Notes under the pieces: model-generated | The model's database searches: none | What the model was told of the DNA's origin: nothing | What the model saw: only the letters and a program-made list of their open reading frames with translations | Shown: positions 32,497 through 42,265 of the stretch, in pieces | Position numbering within the stretch: the stretch's first letter is position 1 | How the letters are laid out: every line of letters begins with the position of its first letter | Made by a program: the position numbers and the translations under genes | Assembly (NCBI GenBank): GCA_963726745.1 | Contig: CAVSDR010000003.1 | Location: 128,001-192,000, forward strand | Reading direction: 5' to 3' | Length of the DNA: 64,000 bases | Source: an uncultured Verrucomicrobiae bacterium | GTDB lineage: Bacteria; Verrucomicrobiota; Verrucomicrobiia; Chthoniobacterales; UBA10450

Positions 32497-32984
32497 CGGG
32501 AAGCGACCCGCACCAATCCCTCTGTCGCCGGCAATTGCGCGAGCAACTGCGCGACTGTGCGCGCCTGTCCCGGCAGGATCAGCTCCGGACGAATCTCCGC
32601 CAGCGGCGCGAGCACGAATCGGCGCGCGGTCATGCGCGGATGCGGCAACTCCAGCGTCTCCGTGTGGATGATCTCGCTGTCTAAATAAAGCAGGTCGAGA
32701 TCGAGCGTGCGCGGGGCGTTCTTCGGGTGCTCCGGCGCGCGTCCCGCCGCCGCCTCGAACTCGCGCAGTTTAGCCAGCAACTCGAGCGCCTCTCCGGCCC
32801 ACTCCAGCTCGACCACCGCGTTGAGGAATTTCGGGTCGTCCGGCGCGCACTCCACCGGCTCGGTCTCATAAATTGCGGAAGCCAGGACTGGCTCCCTAAC
32901 GAGTCGTGCCAGCGCCGCCTTCGCGGCCGACAGGTGCGCCCGGCGGTCTCCCAGGTTCGAGCCGAGGGCAATGCCCGCCCTCAT
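32490..32984 (-). CDS. folK: 2-amino-4-hydroxy-6-hydroxymethyldihydropteridine diphosphokinase
   Basis: IALGSNLGDR, FLNAVV, PRTLDLDLL, LPHPR, RRFVLAPL. Confidence 0.95.
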   Translation of the reverse strand: MRAGIALGSNLGDRRAHLSAAKAALARLVREPVLASAIYETEPVECAPDDPKFLNAVVELEWAGEALELLAKLREFEAAAGRAPEHPKNAPRTLDLDLLYLDSEIIHTETLELPHPRMTARRFVLAPLAEIRPELILPGQARTVAQLLAQLPATEGLVRVASRW

Positions 32985-33676
32985 GAGAGGCCGAGCACGT
33001 CCTCCATCGAGTAAAGCCCGGGCGGCTTCCCCATGAGCCATTGCGCGGCGCGCAGCGCCCCGGCGGCGAAAGTGTCGCGGCTCGCGGCCTGGTGCATGAG
33101 CTCCAGGCGTTCGCCGGCCCCGGCAAAAATCACCGTGTGCTCGCCCACCACATCGCCACCACGCAGCGCGTGCATCCCGATCTGCCGGGCGGGCCGTTCG
33201 CCGGTCATCCCTTCGCGCCCGTGGACCACGTCCCGCTCGTAATCGAGCCCGCGCGCTTCACACAAAATTTCCGCCAACCGCCGGGCCGTGCCGCTGGGCG
33301 CATCCTTCTTCAGCCGATGGTGCATCTCCACCACCTCGAGCTCGAATTCGCTGCCTAACAACTCCGCCGCGCGCCGCGTGAGCGCGAAGAGCGCGTTCAC
33401 CCCGATGCTGAAATTAGCCGACAAGATCACCGGCAGACGCTCGGCCGCAGCCGCGATCTTATCCCGCTCCGCCTGCGCCTGCCCAGTGGTGCCGATGACC
33501 ACCGGCTTCCCGTGCGCCAGGGTGCTGGCGGTCGCGTTCGCGTGGCTGAAATCGATGATCACGTCACAGCGCTCGAGATCGGCAATCTCCACTTCCGGCA
33601 TCGTCCCGGCGAGGTGCACGATCGCCTGCCCCATCCGGCCGCCCGCGCCGACCAAGCCGATCTGCAGCGCGCTCAT
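32981..33676 (-). CDS. dapB: 4-hydroxy-tetrahydrodipicolinate reductase
   Basis: GAGGRMG, VIIDFS, VIGTTG, EMHHRLKKDAPSGTA, RGGDVVGEH. Confidence 0.95.
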   Translation of the reverse strand: MSALQIGLVGAGGRMGQAIVHLAGTMPEVEIADLERCDVIIDFSHANATASTLAHGKPVVIGTTGQAQAERDKIAAAAERLPVILSANFSIGVNALFALTRRAAELLGSEFELEVVEMHHRLKKDAPSGTARRLAEILCEARGLDYERDVVHGREGMTGERPARQIGMHALRGGDVVGEHTVIFAGAGERLELMHQAASRDTFAAGALRAAQWLMGKPPGLYSMEDVLGLS

Positions 33677-34554
33677 GGCTCGCTGGCGTCGAAGGCGGCG
33701 AGCGTTTTCCGCAGGCGCACTTCGGTTTCCGGCGCCATCTCGCAGAGCGGCAGCCGCACTTCCGCCGACATCATCCCGCGCCAGGCGAGCGCGGTTTTCA
33801 CCGGCACCGGGTTGGGTTCCATGAAGAGATCCTTGAAGAGCGGGAGCAAGCGCTGATGCCGCCGCCGCGCTTCCACGATCTCGCCGCGCTCGAAGGCGCG
33901 CACCAGCGCGACCACTTCCGCTGGAACAAGATTCGAAGCCACGCTGACCACGCCGACCGCACCCGCAGCCATGAAGGGCAGCGTCAGGCCGTCGTCTCCG
34001 CTCAGGACGGTGAAGCTTTCCGGGAGGAGCGCGCGCAACTCGCTCACGCGATCGACGCTGCCGCTGGCCTCCTTGATCGAGACGATGTTGCCGCAGGCTT
34101 CCGCCAGACGCCGAACAGTCGCCGGCTGGATGTCGACGCCGCAGCGCCCGGGAATGTTGTAGAGCATGATCGGCAGTTTGGTCGCCTGCGCGATCGCCTG
34201 GAAATGCCGGAACAAACCTTCCTGGCTCGGCTTGTTGTAATACGGCGCGACCACCAGCGCGCCCTGCACCCCGAGCTTCTCCGCGGCCACAGTGGCGGCG
34301 ATCGCTTCGCTCGTGGCATACGACCCCGTGCCGGCCATGACCGTGCAACGCCCCTGCGCGATCTCCACCGCGAGCCGGATCGCCTGCTCGCGCTCGTCGT
34401 GCGACAGCGTGGGCGTTTCGCCGGTGGTGCCGATGGCGATGATCCCGGTGATGCCGGCCGCGACCTGGCTCTCGATCAATTTCTCGAACGCCGGGACGTC
34501 GATCGCGCCGTCGCGGAAAGGCGTGACCAGCGCGGTGTAGGTGCCCTTGAACAT
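33673..34554 (-). CDS. dapA: 4-hydroxy-tetrahydrodipicolinate synthase
   Basis: ALVTPF, GTTGE, PYYNKP, LYNIPGR, IKEASG, LSGDD, PNPVPVK. Confidence 0.96.
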   Translation of the reverse strand: MFKGTYTALVTPFRDGAIDVPAFEKLIESQVAAGITGIIAIGTTGETPTLSHDEREQAIRLAVEIAQGRCTVMAGTGSYATSEAIAATVAAEKLGVQGALVVAPYYNKPSQEGLFRHFQAIAQATKLPIMLYNIPGRCGVDIQPATVRRLAEACGNIVSIKEASGSVDRVSELRALLPESFTVLSGDDGLTLPFMAAGAVGVVSVASNLVPAEVVALVRAFERGEIVEARRRHQRLLPLFKDLFMEPNPVPVKTALAWRGMMSAEVRLPLCEMAPETEVRLRKTLAAFDASEP

Positions 34555-34558
34555 CTCG

Positions 34559-35368
34559 TTAGACCTCGACCGTGCCTTCGAAGACGAAGTCGGCCGGGCC
34601 GCTCAAGGTCACGCCGGTGAAAGTGCTGTCTGTTTTGGTGAAGCCGACCTCGAGCGCGTCGCCGCCTTTGACGTGCACGCGGATCGGGGAGGCCGCACCT
34701 TCCGTGGCCGCGAAGAGAATTGCGCTCGCGACCACGCCCGTGCCACAGGCCAGGGTCTCGTCCTCCACCCCGCGCTCGTAAGTGCGAATGGCAATCTCCT
34801 GCGGCCCGCGCCGTTCCAGGAAATCAACGTTGGTCCCGCGCGGGGCGAATTCCGCGTGGTGCCGCAACGCGGAGCCGAGCGGGCGGATATCGACCTCGGA
34901 AATAGCCGGCACGATCACAACCGCATGCGGCACGCCGCTGTCGACGTAATGGCAGGTGTAGGTATCACCCAGCGCTTCGACCTGGAGGCCGAGGCGCATG
35001 TCCTTCGGGTCGCTCATCTGCAAGGTCACCGCTTCGCCCTGAAGCTGCGCCGCGATCACGCCCGCGGGCGTTTCGAAGGAGAGGTTCTCGCCGGTCCCGG
35101 CGACGCGGTGCGCGAAGCGGGCAAAGCAGCGCGCGCCGTTGCCGCACATCTCCGCCTCGCCGCCGTCGGCATTGTAATAGCGCATCCGGAAATCGGCGCC
35201 GTTCGCCGCCGGCTCGATCAAAAGCACGCCGTCGGCCCCGATCCCGCGATGGCGATCGCACAGGCGCTCGATCTGTTTGGCGGAGAGCTGCAAGGCGCCC
35301 GCGCGGTTGTCGAGCATGACGAAGTCATTGCCCGCGCCGTTCATTTTGATGAAGTCCAACTTCGGCAT
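34559..35368 (-). CDS. dapF: Diaminopimelate epimerase
   Basis: KMNGAGNDF, GIGADG, EMCGNGARC, ERGVEDETLACGTG. Confidence 0.96.
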   Translation of the reverse strand: MPKLDFIKMNGAGNDFVMLDNRAGALQLSAKQIERLCDRHRGIGADGVLLIEPAANGADFRMRYYNADGGEAEMCGNGARCFARFAHRVAGTGENLSFETPAGVIAAQLQGEAVTLQMSDPKDMRLGLQVEALGDTYTCHYVDSGVPHAVVIVPAISEVDIRPLGSALRHHAEFAPRGTNVDFLERRGPQEIAIRTYERGVEDETLACGTGVVASAILFAATEGAASPIRVHVKGGDALEVGFTKTDSTFTGVTLSGPADFVFEGTVEV

Positions 35369-35431
35369 GGTGGTCCTCCTCTAGCATGCGGAGCGCGCCC
35401 CGTCATCCGGAGGGCGCTTAAGACACCGCGC

Positions 35432-36222
35432 TTAGCGCCGCGTGGCGCGCGTGAGCGGTTCGACGAAGGCGCGAATTTTGCCGGCGAGATCGGGATCGCC
35501 TCCGTGTTTGGCGATCTGGTCGACAATCGCGCTGCCGACGACCACGCCATCGGCGTGCGCGGCCACGGTTTTAACTTGGTCGGGATTGGAGACGCCGAAA
35601 CCAACGGCAATCGGCAAGTCGGTGCAGCGCGCGAATCTCGGCCACGCGTTCGCCGAGCGAGGCGGCGACGCTGGTTTGCGCGCCGGTCACGCCTTCGCGC
35701 GAGACGTAATAGATGAAGCCCTCGCCGCGCCGGCAGATTTCCTTGAGCCGCGACGCCGGAAGTGGTCGGCGCGACTAGGCGAATGTGCGCGATCGCCGGG
35801 CGGTGCAGCTCCACATCTTCATCGGGCGGAAGATCGAGGATGAGCAAGCCATCGACGCCGGCGGCCTCGGCTTCGCGATAAAAGGCGTCGAGCCCAAACT
35901 GCACCATCGGGTTCAGGTAGGTGTAGAGCACGATCGGGATTTCCGATTGAGCACGCACGGCGCGCACGCACTCGAGCACTCCGCGCACCGTCGCGCCGGC
36001 CTCGAGCGCACGCTGCGCCGCCATTTGGTTCACGATCCCGTCGGCCAGCGGATCGGAGAAAGGGACGCCTAATTCCAGGAGATCGACGCCCGCAGCCTCA
36101 AGCGCGCCGGCGATCTCCAGGGTGCGCGGAAAATCCGGATCGCCCGCGCAGACGTAGGCAATGAAAGCCGCGCGGTTTTCTTTGCGGCATTGAGCGAAGA
36201 GGCGTGCGATACGGTCTGGCAT
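35432..36222 (-). CDS. trpA: Tryptophan synthase alpha chain, two frameshifts (near 35760 and 35630)
   Basis: [27 protein letters not shown]; then [13 protein letters not shown] in a second frame; then [15 protein letters not shown] in a third. Confidence 0.93.
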
Positions 36223-36261
36223 TCCGCGCACCTTTCTCCGAAAACCGCCCGCTGCAAAACG

Positions 36262-36909
36262 ATGACTCCCGCGACCTTGCTCAATGGCTTCGTGCTCGGT
36301 TGGTCGGTGGCCTGGCCGCCGGGACCGATCAACGCCGAGATGATCCGACGCGGGTTGGTCCCGAAAGCGCGCGGCGGCGGCTTCTGGGCCGCGTGGCCGA
36401 TCGCGCTTGGCGCCTGCACCGGCGATTTCCTCTGGGCGTTTTGCGTCTCGTTAGGCGCAGGCGCGATTCTGAACTCGCTGGCTATTCGCCGCACCCTCGC
36501 GGTCGTGAGCTTGTCGCTTCTTCTCTTCCTGGCGACCAAGTTTGCCCTGGCTGCGTGGCAGATTTACCAGACCCATCGCGCGGCCGAACCGGGCGTTTTC
36601 GGCGAGGAAAAGCGGACGCGCGGCGGCTATTTCCTGGGGCTGCTGGTGGTCCTGACCAGTCCGTGGAACGTCGGCTTCTGGCTCGCGGTCATCGGTTCGC
36701 AGACGAACCTGGCGCACGGCGTGCGGGAGTCGCTCGCGCTCGCCGCGTCGGTGGTCTTGGGCGCGTTTGTTTGGGGCGTGGTGCTTTGCACCGCGGTGCA
36801 ACTCGGCGCGCGCATCTTCGCCCGGCCCGCCTGGCAGATCGGCACCCAGGCGCTGACCGCGGTGGTCATGCTTTGGTTTGCCGCGCGGTTGCTCCTGAAC
36901 TTTCCGTAA
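36262..36909 (+). CDS. LysE-family translocator
   Basis: PPGPIN, G..TGD, LTSPWNVGFW; about six TM segments. Confidence 0.8.
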   Translation: MTPATLLNGFVLGWSVAWPPGPINAEMIRRGLVPKARGGGFWAAWPIALGACTGDFLWAFCVSLGAGAILNSLAIRRTLAVVSLSLLLFLATKFALAAWQIYQTHRAAEPGVFGEEKRTRGGYFLGLLVVLTSPWNVGFWLAVIGSQTNLAHGVRESLALAASVVLGAFVWGVVLCTAVQLGARIFARPAWQIGTQALTAVVMLWFAARLLLNFP

Positions 36910-36919
36910 ACGCCCGGCG

Positions 36920-37801
36920 CTAGTGTTTCGGCGCGCGGACAGTGCCGGTCTCGATCGCGCTTCGGCGCTGGGCCACGATGCGGTTGGCGGTTTCCTCGAC
37001 CATCTGCTCGAGGAGCATGCGCAAGTGCGTCCCGCGGCGATAATCTGCCGGCGCCATGTGGCGCACGCGATCCGCATGAGTCGCGAGCTGGAAACATTTC
37101 TTGAAGCCGGCCCGCGCCGGGTCGTCCGGATTATAGACCGCGATCGCTTCGCCGCCGTTCTTCCGCATGACCGTGAAGCACGGGACGTCGGTCGGGCCGT
37201 CGCCCAGGTAAATCATGTTCGGGAACGGAATCGGCCGAATGTCCGGGTCCATGTGATCGTTTACATCCTCGCTCATTTCGAGCAGGCCCTTGTTGATCCG
37301 GAAAAGATACTGCGTCTTCTGCGTGTGACTGATCACGCGCTTCGGGAAGGTGATCCGGCCCTCCCGGTCCTCGGCAAATTCGCAGCCGAAAATCGCGCGC
37401 ACATACGGCGCCAGGCGGCTGCCCTCGATCAAAATCTTCATCCCGGAGGAGATGATGTAATGCTCCACGTTGATCCCGTGGCTGCGGTGTTCCTCGGTCA
37501 GGAGCGTGCTGGCAAAATCATCGAACATCTCCGGCAACCCTTGGTAGAAATTCAATTTGCCGCCTAACGACTTGAGCTCGGCGTTGGTCGGCCGGTCCAT
37601 CCCGAGCGTGTCCAGCAGCACCTTCATGTAGGCCAGCTCGCTATCGTAGCCTTCCTCGCGCACGAATTCGCTGCAGCGCCGCCAGAAGCTGTCCTTGTTG
37701 ATCCCGAAGGCGGGGAAGACCACCTCGTCCTGCATGTAGCTCGGGCTGAGCGTTTGGTCGTAGTCGTAGACGATCGCGATCGTGTTTTGCGGAGTGGCCA
37801 T
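36920..37801 (-). CDS. HAD-like hydrolase
   Basis: YDYDQTL, YIISSG, KTQYLFRINKG, YLGDGPTDVP. Confidence 0.85.
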   Translation of the reverse strand: MATPQNTIAIVYDYDQTLSPSYMQDEVVFPAFGINKDSFWRRCSEFVREEGYDSELAYMKVLLDTLGMDRPTNAELKSLGGKLNFYQGLPEMFDDFASTLLTEEHRSHGINVEHYIISSGMKILIEGSRLAPYVRAIFGCEFAEDREGRITFPKRVISHTQKTQYLFRINKGLLEMSEDVNDHMDPDIRPIPFPNMIYLGDGPTDVPCFTVMRKNGGEAIAVYNPDDPARAGFKKCFQLATHADRVRHMAPADYRRGTHLRMLLEQMVEETANRIVAQRRSAIETGTVRAPKH

Positions 37802-37807
37802 GGCTGG

Positions 37808-38437
37808 TTAACGAGTCTGCAGCTGCGCCACGAAATCGGCAAAAAGCGTCTCGTAGCCGGGACTGCGCTCGGGATGATACTGCACCCCGACGACAAAAGG
37901 ATGACTCGTTAGGCGAACCTGCTCGATGATGTCGTCGTCTGCGCTCCAGGCCTCGACCACCAGCCCGTCGCCCAGGCGATCGATCGCCTGGTGATGCGCG
38001 CTGTTCACTTTTTCAAAGCGATGCCGCGCGGCGCGTTCCGTGCGCAGCGGCTGCACGTTCTCGTCGCGCTGCTCCGGCGCGTTGTGGCCGGGAATGTCGA
38101 GGCGCAGGGTGCCGTCGAGAGCGACGTTCAAAAGCTGGTGGCCTTTGCAAATGGCCAGGATCGGCAGGTCGTGCTCGAGCGCATATTTCGCGGCCGCAAA
38201 TTCCCAGGCATCGCGCACCGGATCGACATCCGTGTCGAGCACCGAAGGATCGGGGATCTCCTGGCGCAGGAATTCCGCCGAGACATCCGGGCCGCCGGTG
38301 AGGAGCAGGCCGTCCATCTCTTCCAACGGCACCGCGCGCTCCGCGGCGTTCCAAAATTCCACCTCCGGATGCGCGGCAAAGGCGCGTTGGAACGGCGGGA
38401 CATCCTTCGGCCGAATCCAGGAAGCCACTTTCAACAT
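37808..38437 (-). CDS. Peptidase C26 / gamma-glutamyl-GABA hydrolase-like glutamine amidotransferase
   Basis: GLLLTGGPD, AICKGHQ, VNSAHHQ, GVQYHPE. Confidence 0.88.
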   Translation of the reverse strand: MLKVASWIRPKDVPPFQRAFAAHPEVEFWNAAERAVPLEEMDGLLLTGGPDVSAEFLRQEIPDPSVLDTDVDPVRDAWEFAAAKYALEHDLPILAICKGHQLLNVALDGTLRLDIPGHNAPEQRDENVQPLRTERAARHRFEKVNSAHHQAIDRLGDGLVVEAWSADDDIIEQVRLTSHPFVVGVQYHPERSPGYETLFADFVAQLQTR

Positions 38438-38530
38438 CGCGAAGTGTGGGGTCCTTCCGGAGAGTTGTAAACTCGACCGCGAGCGCTCAGCGCAAGGCCG
38501 GCAAGCGAGAGCCAGCCGTTTCTAAGGACG

Positions 38531-40225
38531 ATGAAACGTTTGCTTCTGCTCGGCCTGGCAGCGGTTTCTTTGCAGCTGAACGCGGCGGCGAAAACGGAGA
38601 AGCCAGCGCCACGCGTCGAGATGACCGTGCCGGAGATCCGCGATGCCTTGCAGCAACACCAGTTCTCGATCGAGCGCCTCACGCGTTTCTACCTCGACCG
38701 CATCGCGGCCTATGACGATGCCGGGCCAAAAATCAACGCCGTGCTTGCGCTCAACCCTGCGGCGCTCGATCAAGCGCGCGCGCTTGACCGGCAGCGCGCT
38801 CAAAAAACGCGGCCGCCGCTTTTTGGCGTGCCGATCTTGCTCAAAGACAACATCGACACCGCCGACCTGCCGACCACTGCGGGCAGCGTCGCCCTGCGCG
38901 ATTCCCGGCCACCAGACGACGCTTTCATCGTGCAACGCCTCCGCGCGGCGGGCGCGATCGTCCTCGGAAAAGCGACGCTGACCGAGTGGGCCAACTTCCT
39001 CGCGCCAAACACCCCCGCGGGCTACAGCTCGCTGGCTGGTTTCAGCTTCAATCCCTACGACCCGCGGCCGGACTCGCGCAGCGAGGCGCCGTTCAACGAC
39101 GGGCGCCCGGTGCTCCCGACCGGCGGCTCCAGTTCCGGCCCGGCGCTGGCGGTGAACGCGAACTTGGCCGCGGTTGCGATCGGCACAGAGACCGATGGCT
39201 CGATCCTGAGCCCGGCGAACGCCAACGGCGTGGTCGGAATCAAACCAACGCTTGGCCTGGTGAGCCGGGACGGCATCATCCCGATCACCGCCGATCAGGA
39301 TACTGCCGGCCCGATCACGCGCACGGTGACCGACGCGGCGATCGTCCTCGGTGTGATCGCGGGCCACGACCCGAAAGACCCGGCGACAGATGTTTGCCTA
39401 ACGAAAGGTCGCTGCCTGACGGATTACACCCGCTTCCTCGATCGGAAAGCACTGCGCGGCGCGCGGCTGGCGGTTTACACTCCGCGCACGCCGCTGCCGG
39501 CGAATCGCCAGGGACTCCTCGACGCCGCCGTGGCCGATCTTGAAAAGCAGGGCGCCACCGTGCGGCGCCTGGCCGCGGAAGACATTCCGGTTCAGGCCGA
39601 CTCTTGCACCACCTACCCCCTGCCCGCGGTGCCGGAGCCACCGGCGATCCCGTGCTCCTCGGTCCTCCTTTACGGTTTCCGGCGTGATCTTGATACCTAC
39701 TTGGCGAACACGCCCGGCGCACCGCGGCGGAACTTGCAGGAAGTGGTCGCCTTCAATGCAGAGCAAGTCCCGCCTTTGAAATACGGACAAGGCATCGCGG
39801 AAGCGGCGAGCCAGCTGGACCTCGCGCCGGAAAGCGCCGACACGCGGCGTTACCAGCAGGATCGCGCGCGCGATCTCGCGCGTTCGCGCGACGCGCTCAA
39901 CGCGATTTACTACGGGCCGGACGGCCAGCCAGGGACCGAGGACGACACGGATGCAATCATCGCCGTGGGCAACACCTTCAGCACCGCGCCCGCCAAGGCC
40001 GGCTTCCCGAGCGTGACCGTGCCCGGTGGCTTCATCACCGCCGGCCCGAAAGATCCGCCGATTGCGGGGCCCTACCCGCAGACGATCACCTTTTCCGGTC
40101 CGGCCTTCTCGGAACCGAAGCTGATCGCGCTCGCCTACGCTTACGAGCAGGCGACGCAACACCGACGGCCGCCCGCGAGCACGCCGGCTCTCACTGCGGA
40201 CGGCGCGAAGACTAAAGCCCCATGA
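38531..40225 (+). CDS. Secreted amidase-signature-family protein
   Basis: Signal peptide; KDNIDT, GGSSSG, GTETDGSI. Confidence 0.9.
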   Translation: MKRLLLLGLAAVSLQLNAAAKTEKPAPRVEMTVPEIRDALQQHQFSIERLTRFYLDRIAAYDDAGPKINAVLALNPAALDQARALDRQRAQKTRPPLFGVPILLKDNIDTADLPTTAGSVALRDSRPPDDAFIVQRLRAAGAIVLGKATLTEWANFLAPNTPAGYSSLAGFSFNPYDPRPDSRSEAPFNDGRPVLPTGGSSSGPALAVNANLAAVAIGTETDGSILSPANANGVVGIKPTLGLVSRDGIIPITADQDTAGPITRTVTDAAIVLGVIAGHDPKDPATDVCLTKGRCLTDYTRFLDRKALRGARLAVYTPRTPLPANRQGLLDAAVADLEKQGATVRRLAAEDIPVQADSCTTYPLPAVPEPPAIPCSSVLLYGFRRDLDTYLANTPGAPRRNLQEVVAFNAEQVPPLKYGQGIAEAASQLDLAPESADTRRYQQDRARDLARSRDALNAIYYGPDGQPGTEDDTDAIIAVGNTFSTAPAKAGFPSVTVPGGFITAGPKDPPIAGPYPQTITFSGPAFSEPKLIALAYAYEQATQHRRPPASTPALTADGAKTKAP

Positions 40226-41939
40226 GCTCGCGGACGTATTTCGCCGGCGGGCTGCCGAAGCTCAGGACTTCGTCGTTGTATTTCTTCAGGTCGAATTTTT
40301 CGCCCCGCTTCTTCTGCGCCGCGTTTCGCAGGTCAAGGTGCTCGGTGACGCCGACGAAGTAGGTTGAGAGCTGGGTCGAGGAGAGGCGGGCGCGTTTCCA
40401 TTTGGCCACGGCTTCGCCTTCCTGCTGAAAACCCTCCTTCATCATCAAGTCGAGCGCTTCCTGCTCGCTCATGTTCGCGGTGTGGATCCCCTGGTCGAGG
40501 ATGGCGTTGCAGATCACCCGCAGCCGCATTTTCAGCTGCTGCATCTTCACTTCCGGCCCGCCGTAGCCGGCCTCGGCCATGAATTGTTCCGAGTAAACCG
40601 CCCAGCCCTCGATGAAGCTCCCGCTTTGGAAAATCGCGCGCACCATCGTGGGCGCGCGGAACTTGTTCGAGTGCGCCAACTGCAGGAAATGCCCGGGCAT
40701 GGCCTCGTGCACCGTCAGGTCGCGCATCATGTAGTTGTTATACTCGCGAAAGAACGAGTCCTTCCGCTCCTGCGACCAGCCTGGCGGCGTCGGCTCGATC
40801 GCGAAGAAGGTGGCGCCGTTTTTCTCCAGCGGCCCGGGCGAATCGCAATAGGCGATCCCCTGCCCGCGTTTGAACTCCGGCATGACGATGATCTCGAGCG
40901 GCTCGTCGTAGACCGTGACCAGGTCCTTCTTTTTGGTGAACTCCGTCGCCTCGCGCAGGACCTTCTGCGCGTAGCCGACGATGGTCTCGTCGTTCGGGTG
41001 TTCCTCCGCGAGCTTGTCCAGCACCGCGGTCGTGACCTTGCGCTTGTCGCCTAACGACTCCTTGTCCGCCTGCGGGAAATACTTCCGGTAAAGCGGGAGC
41101 GCGGTCTGGTAGATCGCCGTCTGCGTGGCCGCGAGATCGGCCCGGGCTCGCTTCATGATCTCCTCCATCGACAAATCGGAGGCGAGCGCGAAGTGCAGCT
41201 TTTGCCGGAACTTCTCCGCGCCCAGGCGGAAGTCGCCATCGCTCCGCGGGAGCAGATCGGTCTCGAGCCACTTCTTGTATTCTTCCAAAGCGCTGGCTGT
41301 TTTCTCCTGCAACGGGGCCAGCTCCGCCTTCATCTCCGGCGCCTGGCTGAGCACCGGCTCCAGCCCTTCGCGCACGAAACTGATCGCGCCCTGCATCTGC
41401 TCGATCGCGGTCTCGGTGTAGATCTTCGGCGAATGCTGCAGATTCGCTTTCGCCTGCGCGATCACCGCGGGAATTCCTTCCATGCGCGCGCGCAAATTTG
41501 GGATGCGCTCCTTCGCCGGCGCGAAGTCGCGCGCGATCAATAGATAGAGGCTGTTGACCAGGCTCTGGTTGTAAACCAGCGGGTTCCACTCGGCCTCGCG
41601 CAGGACCTCGAGGCTGAAGATTTCGCCCTCGACGTTCTCTTTCAGGATGCGGAAGTCGACGTTGTTCGCACCCGTGAGCGCCTTCGGATTTTCGAAGCCG
41701 TTTAATTTAGCCAGCACTTCCTTCTGACGCGCAAGCTCGGCCGCGCGGGCATCATCCGAATAGTCGCTCAGTTTGCTGTCAAAACGGTGGTCGCCGAGGC
41801 CGGTCGCTTCCTCGGGGTGCGCGCGCAAGCGCTCCTCGAGGTAATTCGCGGCCAGTTTCTGGAATTGTTCATCCGCCGGAGCGGCCTGGGCGACCAGCGG
41901 CGCGGCCAGACTAACGAGGGCAAGCAGGGCGAGCTTCAT
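40212..41939 (-). CDS. DUF885-family secreted protein
   Basis: Signal peptide; HEAMPGHFLQ, EGWAVYSE, YFVG. Confidence 0.9.
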   Translation of the reverse strand: MKLALLALVSLAAPLVAQAAPADEQFQKLAANYLEERLRAHPEEATGLGDHRFDSKLSDYSDDARAAELARQKEVLAKLNGFENPKALTGANNVDFRILKENVEGEIFSLEVLREAEWNPLVYNQSLVNSLYLLIARDFAPAKERIPNLRARMEGIPAVIAQAKANLQHSPKIYTETAIEQMQGAISFVREGLEPVLSQAPEMKAELAPLQEKTASALEEYKKWLETDLLPRSDGDFRLGAEKFRQKLHFALASDLSMEEIMKRARADLAATQTAIYQTALPLYRKYFPQADKESLGDKRKVTTAVLDKLAEEHPNDETIVGYAQKVLREATEFTKKKDLVTVYDEPLEIIVMPEFKRGQGIAYCDSPGPLEKNGATFFAIEPTPPGWSQERKDSFFREYNNYMMRDLTVHEAMPGHFLQLAHSNKFRAPTMVRAIFQSGSFIEGWAVYSEQFMAEAGYGGPEVKMQQLKMRLRVICNAILDQGIHTANMSEQEALDLMMKEGFQQEGEAVAKWKRARLSSTQLSTYFVGVTEHLDLRNAAQKKRGEKFDLKKYNDEVLSFGSPPAKYVRELMGL

Positions 41940-42029
41940 GGGCCCACGCTACGCAGGGGCGCGCGCTTGGACAACCCGCACCCGCGTGATCCTCCCTTGC
42001 GGCGAAAAATCGTCGCCGCATACTCACGG

Positions 42030-42248
42030 GTGCCCTCAAACGAGAAAACCGCGCGCCCTCCGAGCTCGCCCGCGCCGCGCCGCGGCCTGTGGCTCATGGG
42101 GCTGATCCTCGTGGTCATGGCCGCGCTCGCGATCTACTCCAACCGCCAGCGCGCGCATCGCCACCGCATCGAGAAAGTCACCATCGCCCCGCCGCCGGCG
42201 GCTTCCTTTACGCCCACCCCAGAGCCAACACGAATCGAGTCCGATTGA
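42030..42248 (+). CDS. Small single-TM hypothetical protein
   Basis: GTG start; TM segment LWLMGLILVVMAALAIY and Pro-rich tail; fills the gap before the lipoprotein. Confidence 0.5.
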   Translation: MPSNEKTARPPSSPAPRRGLWLMGLILVVMAALAIYSNRQRAHRHRIEKVTIAPPPAASFTPTPEPTRIESD

Positions 42249-42265
42249 ATAATCGCCGTTACCAG